Positions 1 through 9,924 of a stretch of 64,000 bases of DNA are shown here, piece after piece. The notes under the pieces are model-generated. The model ran no database searches and was not told the DNA's origin. It saw nothing but the letters and a program-made list of their open reading frames with translations. A program made the position numbers and the translations under genes. Positions within the stretch are counted from its first letter, which is position 1. Every line of letters starts with the position of its first letter. This DNA comes from Candidatus Fermentibacteraceae bacterium (GTDB lineage: Bacteria > Fermentibacterota > Fermentibacteria > Fermentibacterales > JCC-6), in NCBI GenBank assembly GCA_016744855.1, contig JADGDO010000001.1:256765-320764 (forward strand). Direction: 5' to 3'.

Positions 1-2
1 GC

Positions 3-1445
3 ACGTATGAAATGGATGATACTCCTCCGTTTCAGGCTAATCCCGAAGCGGTGGAATCCGCTCTCCAGCTTGCAATGATGTTTAATATGTCGCTGGTCGA
101 TGAGTTACACATCACTCGAAAACAATATCTGGATGGATCTATCCCAACCGGTTTTCAGAGAACAGCCATCGTCGGTGTTAACGGTAAAATTCCATTTATG
201 GGAAGAGATCTCCATTTCGTTCAGATGAGTATGGAAGAGGATGCCTGTCGAGAAGTGTCCGATATAGGACACCATGTTGTTTACCGTACAGACCGTCTCT
301 CTATTCCTCTGGTCGAACCGGTAACTGCTCCTGAACTCTATACACCACGCGAGATGGCAATAGCTGCAAAGCTAATAGGAGAAACGCTCAGATCTACCCA
401 TCTTGTTCGAAGGGGTATCGGTTCAGTAAGACAGGACGTGAACATATCCATTAGAGGTGGAACAAGAATTGAGATAAAAGGTGTAGCAAAAATAGGTTAC
501 ATCGAACCTCTTTCAAGGATCGAAGCATACCGCCAGAAAGCACTTCTCGACCTCCGACACGAGTTAAAGACATCAGACTTAACACCCGATTCGTTCAAAC
601 CGATCTATACAGTTCTAGACAAGATCGCTTCTGCGGGAGAAGGCTTTGATCCAGCCATGCTTGAAAGCAAAAACCACAAAGCAGCTGTAATGGTTCTTAA
701 AGGATTCAAAAAGTTTATCACCACCCCAACTCAACCCGAACTCTCTTTTCTGGACGAGCTTCGCGGAAGAGTTAGGGTAATTGCATGCCTGGAATATGAC
801 CCTGTCCTTGAACAGGCAACTCAACTTCTGAGATCCAACCACAACATTTCACCAGAAGATGCTGCAATAGTTTTTGCCGGCCCCGAAGAAGACCTGGAAA
901 CGACAGTCAAGGAGATCTGCATCAGGATCGAAGAAGCATTCCAGGGAATTCCGCCTGAAACAAGGCAGGCTCTTCCTGGAGGAACAACAGATTTCGAGAG
1001 AATACTACCCGGAGCTGATAGAATGTATCCTGACACCGATCTCCCCCCACAACCGATCCCAGCTGATACTTTCACGCGACTACAGAAACTTCTTCCACCC
1101 AAGCCCTGGGAAAGACGTGATCTATACAAGAAATTGGGTCTAAGTGATCACCTTATTGATCGTCTTCTCAACCTTGAACTTTGTGATCTGTACGACAGCA
1201 TTCTTGAAAGCACAGATCTTAAGCCAAAAGCTCTTGCGAGTTTGCTTGCAGATCGCATGAGAGGCTCGAAGCGAGCAGGCAGGGACTGGATTAAGGTTCT
1301 GGGTATTGACGGTGTTCAAAAGGCAATTATCTGGTGCTTCACCAAAGGAGTTACATCAAAAGGAGCCTGGCACATTCTTGACTGGATGTCACTGAATGCG
1401 GATAGTACGCTTGAGCAAGCCTTAAAGGCAGTAAAGCCAGCTTAA
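3..1445 (+). CDS. gatE: Glu-tRNA(Gln) amidotransferase subunit E-like protein (GatB/GatE family), 5'-truncated at window edge
   Basis: Reading frame is open from nt 3, so the gene continues upstream. GatB/E catalytic-core motifs are present (LHFVQMSMEEDACRE ~ GatB ITRLHLEEDAGK; GSVRQDVNISIR ~ GSLRCDANISLR; RMYPDTDLPP ~ YRYFPEPDL). There is also a ~110-130 aa insertion between the cradle motifs where archaeal GatE carries its AspRS/GAD-like insertion domain. The C-terminal helical/YqeY-like tail is present. Confidence 0.6.
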   Translation, partial: TYEMDDTPPFQANPEAVESALQLAMMFNMSLVDELHITRKQYLDGSIPTGFQRTAIVGVNGKIPFMGRDLHFVQMSMEEDACREVSDIGHHVVYRTDRLSIPLVEPVTAPELYTPREMAIAAKLIGETLRSTHLVRRGIGSVRQDVNISIRGGTRIEIKGVAKIGYIEPLSRIEAYRQKALLDLRHELKTSDLTPDSFKPIYTVLDKIASAGEGFDPAMLESKNHKAAVMVLKGFKKFITTPTQPELSFLDELRGRVRVIACLEYDPVLEQATQLLRSNHNISPEDAAIVFAGPEEDLETTVKEICIRIEEAFQGIPPETRQALPGGTTDFERILPGADRMYPDTDLPPQPIPADTFTRLQKLLPPKPWERRDLYKKLGLSDHLIDRLLNLELCDLYDSILESTDLKPKALASLLADRMRGSKRAGRDWIKVLGIDGVQKAIIWCFTKGVTSKGAWHILDWMSLNADSTLEQALKAVKPA

Positions 1446-1477
1446 CAAGAACGTATTAAAGGACAAAGGAACTTGAT

Positions 1478-4003
1478 GTGAGAGTTGATATTCTAAAAGC
1501 CCTTATACAGAATGCAACTCTTCTCATGCTTGTGTATCTTTTCCTGACAAGGCTCACTAGGTGGAAAGCACTCAAAAAGCCTCTGTCTGTTTTCTTAGTA
1601 CAGGGGCTTGTTTATACTCTTTGCGGCATTCTTGCCATGATGTTCAGCGTCGAAGTTCTCCCCGGTGTTCTTATTGATATGCGCACCCCTATCATTGTTG
1701 TTGCTACCCTCACCAGCGGGCCAGTGGTTGGTGTTTTTACTATTATTCCACTTATTGTCTACAGACTGGTAATCGGCGGAGACGGAATGATAGCCGGTTT
1801 TGGAATAATAATATCCGCTTTTCTTTTTGGATTGATACTTCGATTCATAGAAAAATCCAGAGGGAAAAAATCAGGTCTTTTCTTCCAGCTCTTTTCAGGG
1901 CTAGGCGCTGCTGCAATCTATTTAGTATGGATATTGATTCTTCCTGAGTCGTATTCACTCCCCGTCTTAAACCTTGTTGCTATTCCTATGATTTTAACAT
2001 CCGTAACATCTATGCTTGCAATATTTTTCATCAGAGAAAGAGAGCATACACACCAGAAGCTTCTTGACAACCTAACAGAGATCAATGATCTCTATGAAGA
2101 ACTTTCTCTGGATGAAAACATAGGTATAGTCATTTTGCAAAAGTCTACATTGGTATACGTAAACAAGTCACTTCTGAAGAAATTCAGCTTTACCCACTTA
2201 GATAAAGACAACAGCGATCTCCTGGAAATTGTTGACGATAGAACCAGAAGCAGTATTCTACAATTTCTTTCAAGAGATTTTTCTAGCCTCGCTGGGGAAT
2301 CAATCCCTTTGGAAATCGGAATTCAAGGCAAAAACTCACTCCACCTTCTCACACACGCAAGAAGGCTTCTTTACAGAGGTAAAGAATCATTGCTCATTGT
2401 CTCTGTCGATATTTCAAAACTTATTGAGACAGAAAACAATCTCCAGCTACGTTTGGATCAGCTTCAGCTCACGTTTGATGCGTCAGGTGCAGTTATATGG
2501 GAAGCTCTGATTAATGAAGACAAGCTAGTTGCTGGCAATGAATTCTACGAGATACTTTCATATTCTGCACCGGAATTACCACAGCAGTTTTCAGTATGGC
2601 TCAGGGAAATGTGTATTTCGGAGGAAATGCTAAGGAATATCGGAGATGTTATTGAGGGTCGGAATGAAAGCACCTTCGGTGAAATCAGCTACACAGGAAC
2701 TGATTTTGTAAAAAGATGGTTCAATATAGGTATTATCGTAAATGGAACAGATTCCGCTGGAAAACCTGAAAAAATATCCGGTATTCTCTTTGACACTACA
2801 ATAATCAAGGAAAATGAGCTCTCCTTGCTTCAGGAAGAGATTGAAGATATTCAATCTCAGAAAATGGAATCAATAGGTCGCCTGGCCGGAGGGGTTGCAC
2901 ACGACTTCAATAACCTTCTTCACGTCATTATGGGCTACTGCGATATTCTCAATCGGGTAGCGGAAAATGACACTGTGATCACCGATGTTTCTCGGCCGAT
3001 TGTCCAGGCTGCAGAGAAGGGAAGTGAATTGGTGAAGCAGCTTCTCCTCTTCAGCCGCGAGAAGAAACCTATGCTGCAAAACATCAATCTTGGTATCATT
3101 ATCAGAGATTTCAGCAAGTTGCTTTCTCGAATAATAGAAGATAATATTGTGATCTCCACGAAGGTTCTTTGTAATTCCTGTTGGATATTCGGAGATCCGG
3201 GGCAGCTTGAGCAGGTTTTAATGAATTTGTGTGTGAATTCAAGAGATGCAATGCCCCTTGGTGGAAAAATCGACATTTTCCTTACTGAAGAGGTCATAAC
3301 CCACCCAACCACCGTGACGAGTGGTACGTTAAAACCAAACAGCTACTTAATTGTTTCGGTAACTGACACCGGTCCCGGTATACCTGAATTCTTGCAAAAA
3401 AAGGTTTTTGAACCCTTTTTCTCGACAAAAGAGATAGATGGTGGAACTGGCTTGGGCCTTGCAACGGTTCTTGGAATTGTAAAAGATCATTCCGGATTTA
3501 TCAATGTAGGTAATAGCAGTGAGAAGGGTCTGGAAGTAAAAGTCTTCTTTCCAAAACTGACAGTTGATGCAACTACTTCAGATAATACCCAAAGTGAAAA
3601 GAGTTCATTTGCCCACCCCCGAGATAAAACCATTTCACCACTGTGCGTTCTGCTCGCAGAGGACGATCTTCAAGTAATGAATCTAGCGATAGAGGGGCTG
3701 GGGGCGGCAGGCATAAGAGTAATAAGGGCAGTTAACGGTAAAGAGGCAGTCAAGATATTCCACGAAAGAAAAAATGAGATAGATATGCTTGTTTTCGACG
3801 TTATGATGCCTGAAATGAACGGCCCGGATGCTTACGAAATGATAAATAAAACAGACAATCCCCTTCCTGTTGTTTTCACAACCGGATATGCGGGAGACAG
3901 GCTAGCAGCAATTGAGGGGAATCACGAAATTATTAGTAAACCGTACAGCATGCGCGATCTTGTTGCTGTAATTCGCAAAATGACTGGAAATGGAGCAAAA
4001 TGA
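1478..4003 (+). CDS. hybrid sensor histidine kinase/response regulator (5TM LytS-like membrane domain, PAS, HisKA, HATPase, C-terminal REC)
   Basis: GTG start. Polytopic N-terminus. H-box [19 protein letters not shown]-boxes DTGPGIP / GTGLGLA. C-terminal receiver LLAEDD...DMLVFDVMMPEMNG. Confidence 0.85.
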   Translation: MRVDILKALIQNATLLMLVYLFLTRLTRWKALKKPLSVFLVQGLVYTLCGILAMMFSVEVLPGVLIDMRTPIIVVATLTSGPVVGVFTIIPLIVYRLVIGGDGMIAGFGIIISAFLFGLILRFIEKSRGKKSGLFFQLFSGLGAAAIYLVWILILPESYSLPVLNLVAIPMILTSVTSMLAIFFIREREHTHQKLLDNLTEINDLYEELSLDENIGIVILQKSTLVYVNKSLLKKFSFTHLDKDNSDLLEIVDDRTRSSILQFLSRDFSSLAGESIPLEIGIQGKNSLHLLTHARRLLYRGKESLLIVSVDISKLIETENNLQLRLDQLQLTFDASGAVIWEALINEDKLVAGNEFYEILSYSAPELPQQFSVWLREMCISEEMLRNIGDVIEGRNESTFGEISYTGTDFVKRWFNIGIIVNGTDSAGKPEKISGILFDTTIIKENELSLLQEEIEDIQSQKMESIGRLAGGVAHDFNNLLHVIMGYCDILNRVAENDTVITDVSRPIVQAAEKGSELVKQLLLFSREKKPMLQNINLGIIIRDFSKLLSRIIEDNIVISTKVLCNSCWIFGDPGQLEQVLMNLCVNSRDAMPLGGKIDIFLTEEVITHPTTVTSGTLKPNSYLIVSVTDTGPGIPEFLQKKVFEPFFSTKEIDGGTGLGLATVLGIVKDHSGFINVGNSSEKGLEVKVFFPKLTVDATTSDNTQSEKSSFAHPRDKTISPLCVLLAEDDLQVMNLAIEGLGAAGIRVIRAVNGKEAVKIFHERKNEIDMLVFDVMMPEMNGPDAYEMINKTDNPLPVVFTTGYAGDRLAAIEGNHEIISKPYSMRDLVAVIRKMTGNGAK

Positions 4004-4407
4004 CAATCTCAAAAGATATGAGCGACCTTTCCCTGTTGGGCAGTGCAACCAATGAATTCAATGGGCTCGAAGCTTTCCCAAACAAGAACCCCGAGAGAGA
4101 CTATACAGTCACACTAACCACTGATGAGTTCACATGCGTTTGCCCCAAAACCGGCCAACCGGATTTTGCCGCTATAACAATCAGTTATGTACCGGACCAG
4201 AAGATAGTTGAATCAAAGTCTCTCAAACTCTACTTCCAGTCATTCAGGAACAAGGGTGTTTTTCACGAACACGTAACAAACATGATTCTTGATGATCTCA
4301 TTGATGCTATTCAACCAAGATGGTGCCACGTGCAAGCTGATTTCGGAATCAGAGGTGGTGTTGCAATTAAAGTAGATGCCGAATTTATTCAAGAACAAGA
4401 GAACTGA
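4000..4407 (+). CDS. queF: NADPH-dependent 7-cyano-7-deazaguanine (preQ0) reductase QueF, unimodular type
   Basis: Catalytic Cys motif CVCPKTGQPDF and NADPH-binding motif ESKSLKLYF. 135 aa. The ATG overlaps the upstream HK stop (ATGA). Confidence 0.85.
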   Translation: MTISKDMSDLSLLGSATNEFNGLEAFPNKNPERDYTVTLTTDEFTCVCPKTGQPDFAAITISYVPDQKIVESKSLKLYFQSFRNKGVFHEHVTNMILDDLIDAIQPRWCHVQADFGIRGGVAIKVDAEFIQEQEN

Positions 4408-4433
4408 GACCGTTCATAGTTAAGCTTTACAGA

Positions 4434-6620
4434 TCAGATAATCAGAGTTTCTCTGACTTTCAAGGCAAGTTCTTCGCAGGAAAAGGGCTTGCCCAGAAAA
4501 TGCATGCCTTCCTCAAGAACTCCTCTGCTAGCGATCACGTCTGCAGTGTAACCTGACATAAAGAGAACTTTCAGGTTGGGTTTCCTCTCGAGAAGGAAGT
4601 CTGCCAGATCTTTCCCATTCATTCCGGGCATAACCACATCGGTTAAGAGAAGGTCAAAAATCATGGTCGGATTAGACGCAATTTTAACAGCTTCCTCCGG
4701 AGTTGAAGCTTCAGTAACCTTGTAACCCAATTTCACCAGCATATTTGAGGTTATCCTCCTGATGGATTCCTCGTCTTCAACAAGAAGCACATTCCCGTGA
4801 TCAGGACAATGCGTTGCTGAAATTTCTCTTTGAACTGGCGAGGGAAATTCTCCATGGAAGCGAGGAATATAGATTCGAAACGTTGTTCCGTATCCGGATT
4901 CACTGTAAACACTTATATGGCCGCCATTCTGCTTTACAATACCGTGAATAGTGGAGAGTCCCAGACCTGTACCTCTTCCCCTTTCTTTTGTAGTGAAGAA
5001 AGGCTCAAAGATCATTTCCCTCGTCTCTTTGTCGATTCCCTTGCCATTGTCAGTTACCGAGAGCAACACATAATCACCGGGGAGTGTATGGGGTACGCTG
5101 TCGCAATAAATGCTGTCGAGCTTTGCGTTGGATGTTTCTATTGCTATCTCACCAATACCATCTATTGCGTCTCTGCCGTTAACACAAAGATTCGCTAGAA
5201 TCTGATCAATCTGACTTCTGTCTATCTTTACCGGCCATAGATTTTCCTCATAAGTCCATAGAAGCTCAATTTCCTCTCCGATTAGCCGATCCAGCATCTG
5301 ACTCATGTCCTGCAGAGCAAGGTTCAAATTCAGCAGTACCGGTTCCACGCTCTGCTTCCTTGCAAAGGCAAGAAGCTGCTTTGTAAGGTCTGCTGATCTA
5401 ACTGCAGCACTTTTAATCTCATGAAGACCATTATTCAGCATGCTATCTTCTTCTATGCCCTCAATGATCATGTCGACATGGCCTATGATCACACCGAGCA
5501 TGTTATTGAAATCATGTGCAACACCTCCAGCAAGCCTCCCTATAGCATCCATTTTTCTTGACTGCTGAAGCTGAGCTTCGACCTGTTTTCTTTCAGTCAT
5601 ATCCATAAAAGTTTGAATAGCTCCAACGGCAGTGCCGGCCCGGTTGCGAAGAAGTGCAGCCGTGCACAGCAATAGTTTTTCTTCACCACTCGGAGTCTCA
5701 ACACGGATATCGCCTTCGAGTCCGCCTTCAACCAGTGGGGATTGTCTTAGCAATTTAAGTATCTCCCGGTCAGGGAGTTCGCCGGCTGCTTTCTGAAGTA
5801 CAACATCTGCAGGTACTGCTCTTTTCACAGTTCCGAAGGCCACCCACTGATTATTTGTTCCAATCATCTCTGAGGGGGATTTACCTGTAACTTTCTCACA
5901 GGCATCATTCCAGTGGGTAATAATGTGCTCTCTGTCAATTACAAAAGTCGGAATAACGCTGCCTTGTATAGCTTGCGAGAGTTTCTCCTCGCTTTCCGCT
6001 AGTTCTGAGCTAGTTCTTGATATGTCTTTCCTCAACTGGTTCTCTCTTATAAGCCTCTTCTCAAGAGCATCAACAAGAACTGCCAGAGAAACAACAACAA
6101 TGCCGTTCAGAAAAATGAAGGTCACTCCCGTTATGATCCACATCTGCATTGACATCCCGGGATTATCAGTCCACCCAAAAACCAGATTCCTCATGAGGGA
6201 ACCGATTACACTGATAGCAAGAGTATTAAGTCCTACAGTAAAGAGACCAACAGGTAAACCATAAAGCAGAGTCGCCAGGATAGAAAAAGAAAACAACCAG
6301 ATCTTGCCGCTCCCGAAAGGTCCGAAATGTGCAAGTGCTGCTATACCTACCACGAGCATACATATCAGTCCGGTGGGTGCTGCGACACCAAAGGGAATTT
6401 TTCGAACAAACACGAGTGCGAGAGAGCAGAGAAAACCGAAAGAATGAAGGGTGAGTAGAAACCAGTTTCCTTCGTTTAGAGAAGTGTGAAGGCTTAGCAG
6501 GAATGGTATGGTTACTAGAATGAGGAAAGTTGTAAAAATTGCATAAAAGAGACGCCTTCTCCAGGATAGAAGAATGTTTTCGGCATCTGATTCAACCTTC
6601 ACAGCTGGACACAAGAGCAA
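4434..6620 (-). CDS. hybrid sensor histidine kinase (multi-TM N-terminus, PAS, HisKA, HATPase, C-terminal REC)
   Basis: [20 protein letters not shown]-box. GTGLGLS G2 box. C-terminal receiver LLVEDEES...DVVMPGMNG. Confidence 0.85.
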   Translation of the reverse strand: MLLCPAVKVESDAENILLSWRRRLFYAIFTTFLILVTIPFLLSLHTSLNEGNWFLLTLHSFGFLCSLALVFVRKIPFGVAAPTGLICMLVVGIAALAHFGPFGSGKIWLFSFSILATLLYGLPVGLFTVGLNTLAISVIGSLMRNLVFGWTDNPGMSMQMWIITGVTFIFLNGIVVVSLAVLVDALEKRLIRENQLRKDISRTSSELAESEEKLSQAIQGSVIPTFVIDREHIITHWNDACEKVTGKSPSEMIGTNNQWVAFGTVKRAVPADVVLQKAAGELPDREILKLLRQSPLVEGGLEGDIRVETPSGEEKLLLCTAALLRNRAGTAVGAIQTFMDMTERKQVEAQLQQSRKMDAIGRLAGGVAHDFNNMLGVIIGHVDMIIEGIEEDSMLNNGLHEIKSAAVRSADLTKQLLAFARKQSVEPVLLNLNLALQDMSQMLDRLIGEEIELLWTYEENLWPVKIDRSQIDQILANLCVNGRDAIDGIGEIAIETSNAKLDSIYCDSVPHTLPGDYVLLSVTDNGKGIDKETREMIFEPFFTTKERGRGTGLGLSTIHGIVKQNGGHISVYSESGYGTTFRIYIPRFHGEFPSPVQREISATHCPDHGNVLLVEDEESIRRITSNMLVKLGYKVTEASTPEEAVKIASNPTMIFDLLLTDVVMPGMNGKDLADFLLERKPNLKVLFMSGYTADVIASRGVLEEGMHFLGKPFSCEELALKVRETLII

Positions 6621-6872
6621 AACCTCCTGCTAGATGTATGTCTCATACACAGAATAGATAATAGCAATTATATAAACCTATATCTATTCTTAAAACAGTG
6701 TTAGAGTTTCTGATAGAAGAATATAGAATCATAGAGTGATGTAGTTTTGCCGGTTTTTAAACACATTCCTATCTCAACCGGTAGAGCACACATGGAGTCA
6801 AAAATTGATAGGAATTGTCAGCGTTCAGGTTCCGACTGAGAATGTGAAATCCGAAAATCGGTGAGAGAATGG

Positions 6873-8165
6873 TCATTCAGTAAGCAAAAAACTCGCTACA
6901 ACCAGTTCAGAAATACAGAGATCATCATACTCGGAACCAGGAGCAGTTCCCTCGAAAGTGATCCTGATGCTGCTAAGAGGAAAACTCTCACCGCGGTTGT
7001 AAACTTCGCGAAGCACTTCGTAAATGGATCCTTCCAGTATTGTTTCGAGGGGTACTTCAGGTATCTCAATTTTATAGGAGCTCACATGGGTACCTTCAAT
7101 ACTTACCTCTACTAAAGCTTCAAGTGGTCTTGCATTTGCAGTGTAAGTGTACTCGCTCTTTGCATACCCCGGCACAAGCCCTACCCATGCAACATGCGTA
7201 TCTGCTTCGAAATTCAGCAGAATCCACTCACCAGTAGTTCCCTCTACCCCCTCAGCCCAGGTTGTGCTTAGGTTTGAATCAGATAGATTTCCCGGGCCGT
7301 AGTCACCCTGAAGTTCTGATGAAGCGGTAACCGTGTAGCAGTCTGGTGATACACGGTTTCTTTCAAGGAACTGAGCAGATAGAGCTGATCTGGATTCAAA
7401 TGCAAAGTTTATCTGGGGGAAAGAGTTGAGGTTAAGATACTCTTCTGTAATAGAATAGTGGTCAGCATCAAGCCAAACTCCCCCCTCCGGAAGGGTCTGC
7501 ATGGATCCGTTCGATGCGTGCAACTCTGCTGAGTTGATAATCATGCTAAACTTGCCAATGGTCCCATTCCCCCAAAAGGCAGCAGGTCTCATATCGTATC
7601 TGAATCTGCGGTCCTCATAACTAGGGAAAAAGTCTTTCGTAGTTTCAAAGTCTTCGTAGGTAGCTCGCAAAAAATAGGATACTTCAACTTCTGTCGTGTC
7701 ACCTGCAGGGATTTCAAGTTCTGTTGTATACATGTGATTGCCTGCTTGCACCGTATATCCATATTCATTAACCGTTGAAGTGCTCTGTACGGCCTCTAGA
7801 AAAGTGATTGGTAGTTCGATCCCGTCATGGAAGATTCGGAAATTTTGAATGTCATGATTGGGATCGAATTCCCCAGAATACCAATTTTCTTCAGGAAGGA
7901 TCACTGACGTAACAGGAAAACAGTATCCTGTCAGCAGATCTTCTCCATAATTGTAAAGAGTATAGATAGCATTTACCTCTACAAAGTTAATCAGGGGAGT
8001 AAATTCTAGAAATTCTGAAACTATCTCCACATCCCGCTGTATGAAATTGGCTGGTCCAGCTTCCCCGCTGCCAAATACAGGTGATGTTTGCCAAGGACCA
8101 CCGTTAGCCAGAAGAGTTGAAGCTGACAAAACAAACACTAAAGAGAAAAGAAAAAGACTCATCAT
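6873..8165 (-). CDS. secreted protein with C-terminal F5/8 type C (discoidin)-like domain
   Basis: Signal peptide MMSLFLFSLVFVLSASTLLA is preceded by the RBS AAGGGGAA. The track start at 8216 would overlap the upstream HK by 41 nt. C-terminal NLSDSNLSTTWAE...GEWILLNF is discoidin-like. Confidence 0.55.
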   Translation of the reverse strand: MMSLFLFSLVFVLSASTLLANGGPWQTSPVFGSGEAGPANFIQRDVEIVSEFLEFTPLINFVEVNAIYTLYNYGEDLLTGYCFPVTSVILPEENWYSGEFDPNHDIQNFRIFHDGIELPITFLEAVQSTSTVNEYGYTVQAGNHMYTTELEIPAGDTTEVEVSYFLRATYEDFETTKDFFPSYEDRRFRYDMRPAAFWGNGTIGKFSMIINSAELHASNGSMQTLPEGGVWLDADHYSITEEYLNLNSFPQINFAFESRSALSAQFLERNRVSPDCYTVTASSELQGDYGPGNLSDSNLSTTWAEGVEGTTGEWILLNFEADTHVAWVGLVPGYAKSEYTYTANARPLEALVEVSIEGTHVSSYKIEIPEVPLETILEGSIYEVLREVYNRGESFPLSSIRITFEGTAPGSEYDDLCISELVVASFLLTE

Positions 8166-8175
8166 GTAGTTCCCC

Positions 8176-9924
8176 TTAATTCTCCGTAGATTCTGCTGTT
8201 CGCCTGTCCAAAACACTTCTTACAGTTTTAGTCAATTGCGACTTGCTCATCGGTTTCTGAAGAAAACAATCAACACCTAACTCAATGGCTCTGCTTTCAC
8301 TGGATGATCCGCTGAAACCACTGCAGATAATCACGGGGATGTCAGAGCGTATTGCCTTTATCTTGCCGGCAAGCTTATCACCAGTCATATGAGGCATTGT
8401 CATGTCAGATAAGACTAGATCGAATTCATGAGGACGCTCTTCAAACATCTTAAAAGCTTCGATACTGCTTAAGCATGATGTAACTGCGTATCCGGATCTT
8501 GTAAGCATGAGTTCCACAATTTCAGCTACGGATACTTCATCATCCACAAGAAGAATTCGTTCTGTACCTACTGGATAATAATTGCTGTTACCTGAAGATG
8601 TTATACGTTGATGACTGATGTGTACTGGGAGATATATAGTGATTCCTGTACCCTTGCCTACTTCACTTACTATCTTGATCTCCCCCTTGTTTTCCCTGAC
8701 AATGCCGTAAACACTGGACAACCCAAGACCCGTTCCTTTACCGTTAAGCTTAGTCGTGAAATAGGGGTCGAAAACTTTATCCAGATTCTCTGGGGGTATC
8801 CCGATTCCTGTGTCTGAGACGGAAAGAGAAATACATCTTGCCTTTTCTGCCGAAGCATCTGTCGACTCATCAATGGTGTAAAACACATTCTTAAGCTCTA
8901 TGTGAATTCTTCCACTCTCGGGTTCAATGGAGTGATACGCATTAGCTATCAGGTTCATGCAAACCTGATGAATCTGTATCTCATCGGCGAGAACAACACC
9001 GCAATCAGTTTGGATATCATGAGTAATCTCTATATAGGACGGAATTGTAGAACGGCTCAGTTTTAGAACTTCCTCAAGTATCCTTGCTATGTCTACAGGA
9101 ACAAGCTCATGTTTACTCTGTCTGCTGAAAGCCAGTATCTGCTTTACCAGGTCTGCACCGCGTCTTCCGGCTGTAAATATGCTTAAGGCTTTATCGTTTA
9201 AAGGAGTGCCCGGAGTCGAATCTTCAAGAAGCAGTTCTGAAAGCCCTATGATAGAGCAAAGAATATTGTTGAAGTCATGAGCGATACCCCCGGCGAGGGT
9301 TCCAATTGCTTCCATTTTCTGCCGCTGTTGAAGCTTTGTTTCGAGAGACAATTTCTCGGCTTCCGCCAATTTAAGTTCACTAATATCAAACTCTGTAGAT
9401 ATTATCAAGGGAGGCTTGTCTTTAAACTCAACAAGATTAGCATACACGGCAACCGGAAAAGCAGAACCATCCTTTCTAATATGAGAGTTCTCTACTGCAA
9501 GTGTTTTACCTAACATGATGAGTTTCGTTCTTTCCCTGCACAATCTCTGCCCTTCCTCATCATCAAGTTCAGCTACCGGCTTTCCGATCATCTCTTCTCT
9601 TGTATAACCGTGAGAACAGCAGGCTGCCTGGTTTACATCCAATATGGTAGGGATACCGTTTTCTGTGGGCTTCAGAATCATACAATATCCACCTGCCTGC
9701 TCGAAAACAGCTTTAAACAACTCTTCGCTATCTGCTTGTTTCTTTGAATCAAGGAGGCGAGTTTTCTTCTCTTTGAACCAAAGAATAGCGAAAAGTACTG
9801 CCAGCAGTAATACAACGATAACGATAGATACGAGCAAAGAGGGTTTCTCATTTGCAAAAGCGATAAGAGGTGCTGTCCCTGAGAAATACTTTATGGACTC
9901 GGCATCGGCAACTATCTTTCTCAT
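8176..9924 (-). CDS. hybrid sensor histidine kinase (TM anchor, PAS, HisKA, HATPase, REC)
   Basis: H-box MEAIGTLAGGIAHDFNNIL. G2 box GTGLGLS. C-terminal REC ILLVDDEVS...DMTMPHMTG. Confidence 0.85.
   Translation of the reverse strand: MRKIVADAESIKYFSGTAPLIAFANEKPSLLVSIVIVVLLLAVLFAILWFKEKKTRLLDSKKQADSEELFKAVFEQAGGYCMILKPTENGIPTILDVNQAACCSHGYTREEMIGKPVAELDDEEGQRLCRERTKLIMLGKTLAVENSHIRKDGSAFPVAVYANLVEFKDKPPLIISTEFDISELKLAEAEKLSLETKLQQRQKMEAIGTLAGGIAHDFNNILCSIIGLSELLLEDSTPGTPLNDKALSIFTAGRRGADLVKQILAFSRQSKHELVPVDIARILEEVLKLSRSTIPSYIEITHDIQTDCGVVLADEIQIHQVCMNLIANAYHSIEPESGRIHIELKNVFYTIDESTDASAEKARCISLSVSDTGIGIPPENLDKVFDPYFTTKLNGKGTGLGLSSVYGIVRENKGEIKIVSEVGKGTGITIYLPVHISHQRITSSGNSNYYPVGTERILLVDDEVSVAEIVELMLTRSGYAVTSCLSSIEAFKMFEERPHEFDLVLSDMTMPHMTGDKLAGKIKAIRSDIPVIICSGFSGSSSESRAIELGVDCFLQKPMSKSQLTKTVRSVLDRRTAESTEN

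Noticed and set aside
2229-3312. Numerous 60-130 aa ORFs nested inside or antisense to the long HK, GT and hydrogenase genes (e.g. 2229..2510, 2935..3312, 56065..56566)
   Set aside because: They fully overlap well-supported long CDSs, lack RBSs and recognisable motifs. Treated as frame artefacts.
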